A DNA stretch of 49,576 nucleotides from NCBI GenBank assembly GCA_043777275.1, contig JAYVQD010000473.1, positions 1 through 49,576 on the forward strand. The letters are read 5' to 3'. The notes under the pieces are model-generated. The model had not been told where the DNA came from, made no database searches, and saw only the letters and a program-made list of their open reading frames with translations. Position 1 is the stretch's first letter; every line of letters begins with the position of its first letter. Position numbers and translations under genes: made by a program. This DNA is from Nitrosomonadales bacterium (GTDB taxonomy: Bacteria > Pseudomonadota > Gammaproteobacteria > Burkholderiales > SG8-41). Below are positions 19,152-28,582 of the stretch, piece after piece.

Positions 19152-20288
19152 TTATTTTTTCTGCAAACCTGCCCGCCGTGATGTCAGGTGGGGATCGATT
19201 TCGCGCCGCAAAAATTCATGGAAGTGCTGCATGCCGTCTTCCATCGGCGATTGATACGGGCCGGCATCGCTTACGCCCTGCTGGTAGAGCGCTTTGCGGC
19301 CTACCGTCATGCGGTTGATGATTTCGCGGTCTTCAATCGCGGTTTCACGATACGCGGCTTGTTCGGCTTCGATGAACTCGCGCTCGAACAGCACGATGTC
19401 CTCGGGGTAGTAAAACTCCACGACGTTAGTACAGGCTTCGGGCCCGCGCGGAATAATGTGGCTCACCACCAGTACATGCGGATACCACTCGACCATCAGC
19501 GCCGGAAAATACGTCAGCCAGATTGCGCCGTGCGCCGGTGTTTTGCCTGCGCTGTGGCGATTGACCTGATCGTGCCAGCGCCGATAAACGTCACTGCCGG
19601 GTTTGGTGAGGCCGCGTTTGACGCCGCAGGTTTGCACGCTGTGCCAGGCGCCGAATTCCCATTGGAGATCAGCGACATCGACAAATCCCGCAAGGCCGGG
19701 ATGAAACGGCTCGACGTGATAATCCTCGAGGTAGACCTCGATAAAGGTTTTCCAGTTGCAGGCGTATTCTTCGGTCTCCAGGCGATCGAACATGAAGCCC
19801 GAGAAATCAAGATTTTTTTCCGCGCCGAGTGACGCGAGATCACGCGCGATGTCGCGCTGGCCGGCGAACAGCAGCCCGTTCCAGTTTTGCAGCGGCGTTT
19901 GCGCGAGATCAAGACAGGGGTTTTGCGGGAAGTGCGGCGCACCGAGCAACTTGCCGTCAAGCCCGTAGGTCCAGCGGTGCAGCGGACACACAATGTTTTT
20001 CGCGTTGCCGCGGCCTTGCAGCATGATCGCCTGACGATGGCGGCAGATGTTGTTCAGCAGCGCGACGCCCTCGGCGCCATGCACCAGCGCGCGGGCGTTA
20101 TCGGCCCACGACAGCGCGTGGTAGTCGCCTGCGTTGGGGGTGAGTAATTCGTGGCCGCTGTAGGTCGGGCCGGCGTCGAACAGCAGACGCTTTTCGAGTT
20201 CATGAATTCGTGGATCGAAATACCAATCCACCGGAAGCTGCGAAGTGGTGGTTTTGCGTAAGGCGAGGGTGCTGGAGAGGTCTGACAT
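19152..20288 (-). CDS. Rieske [2Fe-2S] non-heme iron oxygenase, alpha-subunit-like
   Basis: Rieske motif CRHRQAIM...CPLHRWTY and a C-terminal catalytic domain with EVYLEDYHVEPFHPG (His ligands). Length 378 aa. Confidence 0.85.
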   Translation of the reverse strand: MSDLSSTLALRKTTTSQLPVDWYFDPRIHELEKRLLFDAGPTYSGHELLTPNAGDYHALSWADNARALVHGAEGVALLNNICRHRQAIMLQGRGNAKNIVCPLHRWTYGLDGKLLGAPHFPQNPCLDLAQTPLQNWNGLLFAGQRDIARDLASLGAEKNLDFSGFMFDRLETEEYACNWKTFIEVYLEDYHVEPFHPGLAGFVDVADLQWEFGAWHSVQTCGVKRGLTKPGSDVYRRWHDQVNRHSAGKTPAHGAIWLTYFPALMVEWYPHVLVVSHIIPRGPEACTNVVEFYYPEDIVLFEREFIEAEQAAYRETAIEDREIINRMTVGRKALYQQGVSDAGPYQSPMEDGMQHFHEFLRREIDPHLTSRRAGLQKK

Positions 20289-20369
20289 GCCGTGAGTTTG
20301 CGAGAAAGGTCGATGAGTCAGCTATCGGTAGGTATGCCGTAAGGGACTGATTTTTAAGACTTTTATGGT

Positions 20370-20393
20370 TAAAAGAGGGGACTATTCTTCCCC
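20370..20393 (-). terminator. Rho-independent terminator closing the seven-gene arsS-arsM cluster
   Basis: On the minus strand, a GGGGA-AGAATAG-TCCCC hairpin is followed by TCTTTTAA. It lies about 45 nt 3' of the DUF3047 stop. Confidence 0.5.
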
Positions 20394-20437
20394 AAGTCTT
20401 TGTAAAAAGCAACGCCCAATCGCTTTACTTCGCCCCG

Positions 20438-21205
20438 TTACTTTGTAACCTTATGTTTATAAAAAGAAATATCCCCGTAGTGCGCTATAACCGATTCGCC
20501 GGTGTTGTCGGTATCGGTGGCGATGGCGACGGCTAAGACGGGTGGCGCATCCTCGCCGAATGCCGCCTTGAAATCCGCTGCCACATCGCGCTCCACTGCC
20601 AGCCATTGATTAACGCGGGAGGCGCCGCTTTCGACGACGATCATGCGCACGCGATCGGTATAGCGGCTGGCGACAATAGTGCCAGCGGGCGCTTTGCCGT
20701 CCCACACATAGCACAGCGTTGCGGTGGGAATGTTCGGATCGTACAGCGCGCGCGCCAGGCGAATTTTGCTGCGCTCGACGAAGGATAATTTTTCCAGCGG
20801 ATAGTCGAACATCACGTACACGCGCGCCGGATAGTCGTCGCCTTCTTTTAAACGGATGTCGCTGGCTTTTAGAATGTTGGCGATTTTCCAGCGCCATTTG
20901 AGGATGGGGAATTCAGCGGGGTTCACTTTCATGTTGCGGCTGAGTCCCGACGCGGCTGCCGTGGATTCGGCACGCAGCACGGTGGTGCCGCCATCGTCCA
21001 CCAGCGTATAGCGCGTGGGGTTTTTCGCGCTGGATACGCCCAGCGGCTTCCAGGTTTGCGGCAGGGCGGCGCCCGCTTGCAGCGCGGAGAAGGCCGCCAC
21101 GACAACCACGACCGTCGCGGTGTCAGATTGCGACAGCGCAGCCGCTGCCATGCCCGTGGCCGCGAGCGCACAGAGAAACCGGTTACGCCAGCGTTTTATT
21201 TTCAT
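20438..21205 (-). CDS. DUF3047-like secreted protein
   Basis: Start MKIKRWRNRFLCALAATGMAAAA (signal peptide) at 21205. The conserved body (FPILKWRWKI, DDYPARVYVMFD, LCYVWD) is typical of DUF3047. It overlaps the upstream gene's end by 23 nt. Confidence 0.7.
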   Translation of the reverse strand: MKIKRWRNRFLCALAATGMAAAALSQSDTATVVVVVAAFSALQAGAALPQTWKPLGVSSAKNPTRYTLVDDGGTTVLRAESTAAASGLSRNMKVNPAEFPILKWRWKIANILKASDIRLKEGDDYPARVYVMFDYPLEKLSFVERSKIRLARALYDPNIPTATLCYVWDGKAPAGTIVASRYTDRVRMIVVESGASRVNQWLAVERDVAADFKAAFGEDAPPVLAVAIATDTDNTGESVIAHYGDISFYKHKVTK

Positions 21206-21842
21206 TGAGAATGATGTGTTCCGACCAGCGCCGGTAGTCTTCGGGGCGGTCAATGTCCCATAGCGTTTCCAGTTCGTGCCAGCGCCAACCCAGTGTGTGC
21301 AGCCGCGCGCGCGTGGCGGCGAGCACGCTGTCGCCGCCCCACGCCATGCCGTCGAACACGCGCGCGTCGCATTGCGTCAGACCGATCAGCGCATAGCCGC
21401 CGTCTTCGGCGGGGATCAGCACCGCGTCGTTGCCTTGCGTCAATGCACTTTGCGCCTCGCGCAGATGTTGCACGGTCAGCACTGGACAATCGGCGCCGAT
21501 GAGAATCACGCGCGCGTGGCGTGCCAGCCCGTCCTCGAACGCGTGACACATGCGTGCGCCCAGATCGCGGCCTTGCTGCGGCGCCAGCGCCACGCCGTAG
21601 CGGCGGCCGCAGTCACGCAAAAACGCATCGTTGGTATCGGGCGCGCAGTGCAGTTCAACAGGGCCGAGCCCGGCATCGGTGGCGGTGACCAGCGCGCGAT
21701 GCAGCAACTGGCCGTGCAGCGCCGCCGCGCCCTCGGCGCCGAGTGCGGGTATCAAGCGCGTCTTCACCGCGCCCGCGCGCGGCGCTTTGGCGAAGACGAT
21801 GGTCAGCGCGTCACAGCTTGTGGATGACATGGTGTACGACAT
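21183..21842 (-). CDS. DUF2064 / TIGR04282-type transferase ('transferase 1, rSAM/selenodomain-associated')
   Basis: LTIVFAKAPRAGAVKTRL, VILIGADCP and IPAEDGGYALIG motifs of the CofC-like nucleotidyltransferase fold. Confidence 0.8.
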   Translation of the reverse strand: MSYTMSSTSCDALTIVFAKAPRAGAVKTRLIPALGAEGAAALHGQLLHRALVTATDAGLGPVELHCAPDTNDAFLRDCGRRYGVALAPQQGRDLGARMCHAFEDGLARHARVILIGADCPVLTVQHLREAQSALTQGNDAVLIPAEDGGYALIGLTQCDARVFDGMAWGGDSVLAATRARLHTLGWRWHELETLWDIDRPEDYRRWSEHIILNENKTLA

Positions 21843-22506
21843 AGCGCTCGGCCAGTGTATTCGGGTCTGCGCCCAGCCAGTACTGGAAACGCAGCCGCCA
21901 CATCAAAAAAATCGTGCGCCACACCCCGTGTTTTTCCCAGCGCCGCCCGGACGTGATGATGCGGTGACGCAGCGCCAGCGGCTTGCCGAACGCTTTCAAT
22001 TTTTTGGTGAGCGCCACGTCTTCCATCAGCGCGATTTCCGGATAGCGGCCTGCCGCCTCGAACAGCGAGCGCGTGACGAACAGGCCCTGGTCGCCCGTCG
22101 CAACACCGGTCAAACGTGAGCGCAAATTCATCATCGTGGCGATAACACGCAGCAGCGGATGTGTGCCGGTTACGGTGACATCAAAGCGGCCCCAAGTCTT
22201 GCGCGCGCGATTGAGGCCATCGACGATGATGCCGTCCGCCGCGGGCGGTAGCCGCGAGTCGGCGTGCAAAAACAGCAACAGATCGCCGCGCGCCTGTGCC
22301 GCACCGGCGTTCATCTGAAGCGCGCGGCCACGCGGCGCGCTGATAATCTGATCGGCCAGCGGGCGCGCGATGTCTATCGTGGCATCGGTGCTGCCGCCAT
22401 CCACCACCACGATTTCCACGCCACGCGTGCGCAGCGGCGCCAGCGCCTGCAGCGATTCGGCGAACCCTTCAGCTTCGTTCAGGCAGGGGATGATGACCGA
22501 TAGCAC
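21811..22506 (-). CDS. Family-2 glycosyltransferase, TIGR04283 type ('transferase 2, rSAM/selenodomain-associated')
   Basis: MLSVIIPCLNEAE, VVDGGSTD and LFLHADSRLP are GT2 signature segments. It overlaps the TIGR04282 gene. Confidence 0.85.
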   Translation of the reverse strand: MLSVIIPCLNEAEGFAESLQALAPLRTRGVEIVVVDGGSTDATIDIARPLADQIISAPRGRALQMNAGAAQARGDLLLFLHADSRLPPAADGIIVDGLNRARKTWGRFDVTVTGTHPLLRVIATMMNLRSRLTGVATGDQGLFVTRSLFEAAGRYPEIALMEDVALTKKLKAFGKPLALRHRIITSGRRWEKHGVWRTIFLMWRLRFQYWLGADPNTLAERYVVHHVIHKL

Positions 22507-22512
22507 ACGCGG

Positions 22513-23328
22513 TTACTTTTTGGCGTCGTTAAGGCCCCAATCATAATCCAGATGCCTGATCTCGGCCTTGCCATCACGGATGATTTTTTGGTGCTCGGCG
22601 TTGTCGGTGAGCAGGTTCGCGTATTTGGCGAAGAATTGCTCGCGCGACTTGATGCCTTTCAATCCGCTGGTGAAATCCACCGAATACCACTTGAAGATTT
22701 CGGACACTTCCAGAGCGTTGCTGGCGGCGTTGTAACGGTTACGCGTCTTGTCGGACAGGGCGCGCACCACTTGTTCTTCGAGCTGCGCGTCGAGCTTGTC
22801 GGCGACAAAGGCTTCTTCACGCAGCATCGGGCAGCCGATCGAGGCACAGTTCACCGCCATGTGGATGCGCGGGTCGTCGTAGACGCCTTTGGCACGAATG
22901 GTGTCGTGCTCGATGTTGTCGAGCGAAAATTCGCGGCCAAACAGCTTGAAGAATTTATCTTTGAACGGGTTGCCGATCAGCTTGCCGTAATCCCACACCG
23001 ATTTGATGTTGGGGTAACGCAGCAGAATTTTCTCGACCATGTGCGCGTTGTAGGCGTTAAGCAAAAAAGCGAGCTGCTGATTTTTGCTCCAGCTTTTGAA
23101 GTCGGCCTCGCTGACTTTAGAGAGCGTTTCAAGATACGTTTTCAGTGCTGCGCGATCCTTGGCGATTTCCGCGTAGCGCACTTGCGACGCCTTGCCGCTG
23201 TCAATTACCACCGTGTGTTTTTTCAGCAGTCCGCTCCATGCGGCGTGCGAGTGATCGAACTGCGCCCACGCGGAAACGGCTGTGAGCAGCCATAGCGAAA
23301 GTATTGTAACTATTTGTTTTTTAATCAT
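22513..23328 (-). CDS. DUF547 domain protein with signal peptide
   Basis: LLNAYNAHMVEKIL, SLDNIEHDTIR and RIHMAVNCASIGCP are typical DUF547 blocks. N-terminus is MIKKQIVTILSLWLLTAVSAWA. Confidence 0.75.
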   Translation of the reverse strand: MIKKQIVTILSLWLLTAVSAWAQFDHSHAAWSGLLKKHTVVIDSGKASQVRYAEIAKDRAALKTYLETLSKVSEADFKSWSKNQQLAFLLNAYNAHMVEKILLRYPNIKSVWDYGKLIGNPFKDKFFKLFGREFSLDNIEHDTIRAKGVYDDPRIHMAVNCASIGCPMLREEAFVADKLDAQLEEQVVRALSDKTRNRYNAASNALEVSEIFKWYSVDFTSGLKGIKSREQFFAKYANLLTDNAEHQKIIRDGKAEIRHLDYDWGLNDAKK

Positions 23329-23330
23329 TT
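23306..23330 (+). repeat. AT-rich motif copy e (GTAACTATTTGTTTTTTAATCATTT)
   Basis: It overlaps the start codon and first 7 codons (MIKKQIVT) of the DUF547 gene, and lies 14 nt from the stop of the upstream gene. Confidence 0.7.
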
Positions 23331-23343
23331 TATTCTCATCTGC

Positions 23344-25554
23344 TTAGTGATGTTCTGCCGCTGGCGCGGCCTTGGTACCTTGGCCTATCAACCCTAACGC
23401 AGCACCGGCCACCGTGCCGACACTGCCTGCGCCGCGCCGCCAGTGGTTAAACGCTTCGGCAAAACGCAGTTGCTGCTCGGTGGTCTGTGCTTTTTTCCAC
23501 ACCCCTGCCGCGTATTTGTTGGCCTCGCCCAGCGTCGGATAAATATGGATGGTGCCGAGTATCTTGTTCAAGCCAAAACCGTGTTTCATCGCTGCGACGT
23601 ATTCGACCAGCAAGTCGCCGGCGTGTTCCCCAGCGATGGTGACGCCGAGTATTTTGTCGCTGCCCGGCGGTGTAATCACTTTTACCAAGCCATGCGCTTC
23701 GCCATCGGCGATGGCGCGGTCGAGATCGTCGATGCCGTAGGTGTACACCTCGTGCGGAATGTTCTTTTCTTTGGCCTCGGTTTCGTTCAGCCCCACGCGC
23801 GCGACTTCGGGGTCGGTAAACGTACACCACGGTACCACCGAGTAATCGACCTTGAATTTTTTGAAGCTGCCAAACAGCGCATTCACCGCGCAGAACCACG
23901 CCATGTGCGCGGCGGTATGCGTGAATTGGTAGGGCCCGGCCACGTCACCGCAGGCGAAAATATTCGGGTAGAGGGTTTCCAGATACTCGTTGACCTCGAC
24001 CACGCGCGTTGCCGGAATGCCGAGCGCCTCAAGGCCGTAGCCTGTGAGATTGGCGACACGGCCCACCGCACACAGGATTTCGTCGAAAGCGATGCGCGTC
24101 TCGGCGCCGTTGTTTTCGACGACCAGAAACTTCTCGCCGTTTTCAATCACCACTTGCCTGGCCTTGTGATTGACCAGTAAGTTGACGCCTTCGGCCTGAA
24201 AGCGCTTCATCACCAGATCGGAGACGTCCGGGTCTTCGCGAATCAATAGGCGCGGCAGCATTTCCACTTGCGTGACCTGCGAACCAAAGCGCGCAAAACA
24301 TTGCGTCAGCTCGGAACCGATCGGGCCGCCGCCCAGCACCACCAGGCGCTTGGGCAGCTTGCGCAGATTCCACACGTTATCGGAGGTCAGCGGATTCGCT
24401 TCCGCCAGGCCCGGAATCGGCGGGATGAACGGGTGTGCGCCAGCGGCGATGACGATGTTTTTGGTGGTGAAGGTTTTTTCGCCGTCAGCGGTTTTGACTT
24501 TCACTTCCCACGGCGACACGATTTGCGCTTCGCCGTGCACGCATTCCACCCCCAGGCTGGTATAGCGCTCGGCGGAATCATGCGGCTCGATATCCTTCAC
24601 GATGCGTTGCACACGCTCCATCACCTCGGCGAAATCAAATTCCGCGCTGGCCGAGCGGATGCCGAATTCCTGCGAGCGTTTCATGTGCGATAACAACTTC
24701 GCCGAGCGGATCAGCGCTTTCGACGGCACACAGCCGGTGTTCAAACAATCGCCGCCCAATTTGTGTTTTTCAATCAACGTGACCTTGGCTTTGACCGCCG
24801 CCGCGATGTACGAGGTAACCAGGCCCGCCGAGCCGCCGCCGATCACCACCACGTTGCGATCATACGACGCAGGGCGCGGCCATTTTGCGTAGACCTTGCG
24901 CGCCTTCAACGCATCGAGAAATTTTTTCGCGATCAACGGAAAAAGGCCGAGCAGCACGAAGGCGGAAATCAAACCCGCGCCGATTTTGAATTCGCCGAGC
25001 TGGGTGCCGGCGTAGACGAACACCAGGGTGCCTGCCAGCATGCCGATCTGGCTCACCCAGTAGAACGTCACCGCTTTGAGGGTGGTCAACCCCATCACCA
25101 GATTCACCATGAAAAACGGAAACGCCGGTACCAGCCGCAGCGCGAACAGATAAAACGCGCCTTCTTTCACCACGCCGTCGTTGATCGGTTTTAACTTGTC
25201 GCCGAACTTGCCCTGCACCCAATCGCGCAGCAAAAAGCGCGAGGTGATAAACGCCAGCGTCGCGCCGATACTGGAGGCAAACGACACCAGTACCGTGCCC
25301 CACAATAGGCCGAAAATCGCGCCGCCCGCCAGCGTCATGATCGCTGCGCCGGGCAGTGACAGGCCCGTGACCACGACGTAAAGCACAAAATAAATCAGCG
25401 CCGCCTGCGCCCAGTTTGCCTGCACGTACGCGGCGATCTCGGTCTGTTTCGACAGGAAAAACTCTTTGGTCAGGAAGTGGTGACCACCCAGCGCGAAGAA
25501 CGCCGCGATAGACGCAGCGATGAGGATGAAGACCAGCAGCTTGTTGCGGTTCAT
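23344..25554 (-). CDS. Fusion of a TVP38/TMEM64 (DedA-type) membrane domain with a pyridine nucleotide-disulfide oxidoreductase (mercuric reductase / dihydrolipoamide dehydrogenase-like)
   Basis: The N-terminal ~220 aa are hydrophobic and DedA-like (LSLPGAAIMTLAGGAIFG). They are followed by VVVIGGGSAGL, the redox centre GGDCLNTGCVPSK and the dimerisation-domain HIYPTLGE. Confidence 0.85.
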   Translation of the reverse strand: MNRNKLLVFILIAASIAAFFALGGHHFLTKEFFLSKQTEIAAYVQANWAQAALIYFVLYVVVTGLSLPGAAIMTLAGGAIFGLLWGTVLVSFASSIGATLAFITSRFLLRDWVQGKFGDKLKPINDGVVKEGAFYLFALRLVPAFPFFMVNLVMGLTTLKAVTFYWVSQIGMLAGTLVFVYAGTQLGEFKIGAGLISAFVLLGLFPLIAKKFLDALKARKVYAKWPRPASYDRNVVVIGGGSAGLVTSYIAAAVKAKVTLIEKHKLGGDCLNTGCVPSKALIRSAKLLSHMKRSQEFGIRSASAEFDFAEVMERVQRIVKDIEPHDSAERYTSLGVECVHGEAQIVSPWEVKVKTADGEKTFTTKNIVIAAGAHPFIPPIPGLAEANPLTSDNVWNLRKLPKRLVVLGGGPIGSELTQCFARFGSQVTQVEMLPRLLIREDPDVSDLVMKRFQAEGVNLLVNHKARQVVIENGEKFLVVENNGAETRIAFDEILCAVGRVANLTGYGLEALGIPATRVVEVNEYLETLYPNIFACGDVAGPYQFTHTAAHMAWFCAVNALFGSFKKFKVDYSVVPWCTFTDPEVARVGLNETEAKEKNIPHEVYTYGIDDLDRAIADGEAHGLVKVITPPGSDKILGVTIAGEHAGDLLVEYVAAMKHGFGLNKILGTIHIYPTLGEANKYAAGVWKKAQTTEQQLRFAEAFNHWRRGAGSVGTVAGAALGLIGQGTKAAPAAEHH

Positions 25555-25621
25555 GGGTGTTTCCTGGCTAGTTTCATCTGGGTCGTGCCAAACGCGCGCA
25601 ACTTACGGTCGCGGGCCGCAC

Positions 25622-26596
25622 TCAGCAGCAACCGCCGCCGTCATAGAAGTAAGTCGAGCCGGTGATGTGGATGTCCTGCCGTCCGAGTGCCGCCAGAGCG
25701 CCGGCGGTTTTGTCGCACACCGCGAGCGGCTGGTTCTGCGTCAGGCAGTGCCCCTTGTTGTCGTCAAAAGAATCGCCGTCACCAAAGTAGATCGCGGTTT
25801 TTCCTGTGAACACGCACGGGCCGTCGGCAGGCATGGGGTCTTTGATGGCGCAGATTTCGACGCTCTCGACAAAAATCACCTGAGCGGTGGGGTAGTGGCG
25901 CGGCGACAGAATACGGTAGGGCCGCTTGGCGCGCACCTCGATGGTGCCGAAACCGACATCGGTCAGGCGCTTGATATAGGCCGCCAGCGGTATCGCGCCG
26001 GTCAGACACAGCGCGCGCAGGCGATCGTCGTTTTTAAGGTTGGCGGGCATTGGTGTTTCGCACACGGGGTCGGACAGTATCAGGCGGCCGTGGGGCTTTA
26101 ACACGCGGTACATTTCACCGAGGGCGCGCTGCAAATCGTCGTCGTGAAAAATATTGAACAAACAATTTTGCGCTGCGACATCAATGCTGCCGCCGGCAAT
26201 CGGCAGGTTCAGTGCGTCACCTTTGCGCAGATCAATAAAGTTTGATTTGAACCACGGATTTTGCTGTTCGGCCTCGCGCAGATTGTCGCCACAGGCCGCG
26301 ATCATTTCATCGACCACATCCATGCCGATGACGCTGCCGGCATGGCGCGAGAAGTAGGCAAATTGCAGCAGCTCCATACCCCCGCCGACGCCGACATACA
26401 GCACAGTGGGGTTGCCGGCGAGATCGCGCGGATGCACGGTGCTGCCGCAGCCGTAGTTCATGGCCAGCATTTTTTTCGGGATCGCCAGTTCGGGGAGTTG
26501 CCACACCGGTGTGGTGGTGCAACACAGTCCCTCCTGCGGTTTCAATGCGGCTTCTTTGTAGACGTCGCGGGTGGTGGCGTGATAGGAGTCGTCCAT
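25622..26596 (-). CDS. arsM: ArsM-like SAM-dependent (arsenite) methyltransferase
   Basis: Cys pairs (GLCCTT, NYGCGS), SAM motif VLYVGVGGGMEL, and a C-terminal domain ending GGGCC. It sits directly downstream of arsS. Confidence 0.8.
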   Translation of the reverse strand: MDDSYHATTRDVYKEAALKPQEGLCCTTTPVWQLPELAIPKKMLAMNYGCGSTVHPRDLAGNPTVLYVGVGGGMELLQFAYFSRHAGSVIGMDVVDEMIAACGDNLREAEQQNPWFKSNFIDLRKGDALNLPIAGGSIDVAAQNCLFNIFHDDDLQRALGEMYRVLKPHGRLILSDPVCETPMPANLKNDDRLRALCLTGAIPLAAYIKRLTDVGFGTIEVRAKRPYRILSPRHYPTAQVIFVESVEICAIKDPMPADGPCVFTGKTAIYFGDGDSFDDNKGHCLTQNQPLAVCDKTAGALAALGRQDIHITGSTYFYDGGGCC

Positions 26597-26633
26597 GTTT
26601 GTTATGCGCTATTAAAGAGGTTCGTAAATCAGA

Positions 26634-27599
26634 TTAGGCGGCCAGCGCGCCGCCGCAACTGGAGCCCTGGCCCGCAGTGCAGCCGTAGCAATGGTCTTTG
26701 ACCACGATCGGATTGTCCGCGAGTTCCACGCCCATCAATTCGCGCAAGTGCGTGCGCGGTTTATTTTTCCACGCCAGCGGCAGGCCAAGCATCTGATTAA
26801 AGTCGCAATCGTAGACGTAGCCTTTCCAATCCACCGACAGCAGCGACTTGCACATCAGCGAATCCAGGTTTTGCGGCTGATAGGCGTTTTTCAGCAGATC
26901 CATGTAATGCGTGAACTCGCCTTTGGAAATCAGCGTGCTGCCGAAGCGCTGTATCGGCATATTGGTGATGACATAAAGTTCGGTAAATTCAATGCCGAAG
27001 TGTTCGCCTAAATGTTTGCGGTAATCGCTTTGCAGCGGGCCTTGCGCAGGCGGCAGCACCGCCCCTTGCGGGTTGTAGACCAGACTCAACTTGAGCGGCG
27101 ATCCGGCCTTGCCGTAGCCTTTTTCATTCAGCAGTTGCAGTGCGCGGATGCTGGCATCGAACACGCCTTTGCCGCGCTGGCGATCGACGTTTTCTTCGAG
27201 GTAGCAGGGCAATGACGCCACGATTTCAACGGCGTTGCCGTGCAGAAAATCCGCTAAATCTTCTTGTCCCGGCTCATGCAATATCGTGAGGTTGCAGCGA
27301 TCGATCACCTGCACGCCGATGTCGCGCGCGGCTTTGACCAGCAGGCGAAAGTGCGGATTCAATTCCGGCGCGCCGCCGGTCAGATCGAGTGTGGTGATGC
27401 CCGTGGCCTTGAGAAACGCGATGACCTCGAATACGGTCTCGCGGCTCATCGCCTCGGTGCGCGTGGGGCCCGCGTTCACATGACAGTGCAAACAACTTTG
27501 ATTGCACTTGTAGCCGAGATTGACTTGCAGCGTGTCTACGCGGTTGCGGCGTATCGCGGGAAAGTCGCTGACTTCCATACGCGGCAGGGTGGCGTGCAT
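26634..27599 (-). CDS. arsS: Radical SAM/Cys-rich protein ArsS (TIGR04167 type)
   Basis: CNQSCLHCH radical-SAM cluster motif and a C-terminal Cys-rich tail DHCYGCTAGQGSSCGGAL. Length 321 aa. Confidence 0.9.
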   Translation of the reverse strand: MHATLPRMEVSDFPAIRRNRVDTLQVNLGYKCNQSCLHCHVNAGPTRTEAMSRETVFEVIAFLKATGITTLDLTGGAPELNPHFRLLVKAARDIGVQVIDRCNLTILHEPGQEDLADFLHGNAVEIVASLPCYLEENVDRQRGKGVFDASIRALQLLNEKGYGKAGSPLKLSLVYNPQGAVLPPAQGPLQSDYRKHLGEHFGIEFTELYVITNMPIQRFGSTLISKGEFTHYMDLLKNAYQPQNLDSLMCKSLLSVDWKGYVYDCDFNQMLGLPLAWKNKPRTHLRELMGVELADNPIVVKDHCYGCTAGQGSSCGGALAA

Positions 27600-27706
27600 T
27601 TATCAATCTCCAATGAATTTTTTAGCCTGCGGCTGCCGACACACACACATTTGTCGTAGCGGCGTTGCTTACCTTTCACATTTTCGCTTAATTGGCGGTG
27701 TATAAT

Positions 27707-27731
27707 ATAAGTATTTGTTTTTAAACAATAT
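27707..27731 (+). repeat. AT-rich motif copy f (ATAAGTATTTGTTTTTAAACAATAT)
   Basis: It lies between the bufC-like stop (27741) and the arsS start (27599). With its flank (TATAATATAAGTATTTGTTTTTAAAC) it closely matches copy h. Confidence 0.8.
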
Positions 27732-27740
27732 TTCGTGACG

Positions 27741-28574
27741 TTATCGGCGTCGCGTGACGCTCATGCGGTTGAACGCGCCTGCGTGCAACAGCGCGGCCAT
27801 CAGTTGTTGCAAATCGGCGCCGTGTTGTGCCGCCAACGCGTCGCGTGCGGCTTCCGCCAGCGTGCCGCCGTTGGCGCAGCGGTCGAGAAACGCGCAGCCT
27901 GCAGCGTCCAGCGCGACCCACTCGACAGTGCCGCGCGGCCGCGTGAGTAGCGCGCCCTCGCCATCGCCCGCGTGATCGTACTCAATTTGCCGCGCCGGCT
28001 GCCAAGCCTCGTCATTCTTGCGTTCAGCGGCACGATGGTGTGCCCAGATGCTGAATACCGGTGCGTCCGTAAACCATGCCCAACGCGCCGCAGCATGCGG
28101 GTATAGCACGGCGGTGGCGAGTTTGGCCGGCGCGAGATTCGCGATCACGGCGGCGTCGAGCGGGGTTTCGTCGCGTGCGGTGTGCGCCTCGGTCCACAGC
28201 CGGTCCAGGCGCGCGACCCCGGCCACATACGGCAGCGATGCCGCCGGCTGGGCATGCGGCAGATAGCGCGAGAGAAACGCGGCAAATAACTCGCCGTAGT
28301 TAAGCAATGAGGGATCCTCGGGCGGCGATTCACGCACGTAGATCGCGGCGGCGGCGCGAAACCATTCGTCGCCGGTGAGCCGCGCCACTGCGGGATAGTT
28401 CGCCTGCAGCGCGTCGATGCAGCTTTTCATCACGGTATTGCGGTACACCGCGAAGCCGGGTTGCGACGCGAGCGCGGCGACGGTGCCCGATACGGGGGCA
28501 TTGTGGTGGGGCGGCGCCCATAGCGCTTGCGCAAAGGCGGTCTGAAAACCAGCAAGTGTTTTCTGTGTCTGCAT
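27741..28574 (-). CDS. bufC: DUF2063 protein (partner of the DUF692 MNIO enzyme; BufC-like)
   Basis: FAVYRNTVMKSCIDALQANYPAVARLTGDEWF and NYGELFAAFL are typical of the DUF2063 N-terminal domain. It lies 8 nt downstream of the DUF692 gene. Confidence 0.8.
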   Translation of the reverse strand: MQTQKTLAGFQTAFAQALWAPPHHNAPVSGTVAALASQPGFAVYRNTVMKSCIDALQANYPAVARLTGDEWFRAAAAIYVRESPPEDPSLLNYGELFAAFLSRYLPHAQPAASLPYVAGVARLDRLWTEAHTARDETPLDAAVIANLAPAKLATAVLYPHAAARWAWFTDAPVFSIWAHHRAAERKNDEAWQPARQIEYDHAGDGEGALLTRPRGTVEWVALDAAGCAFLDRCANGGTLAEAARDALAAQHGADLQQLMAALLHAGAFNRMSVTRRR

Positions 28575-28582
28575 GGTGTGGT

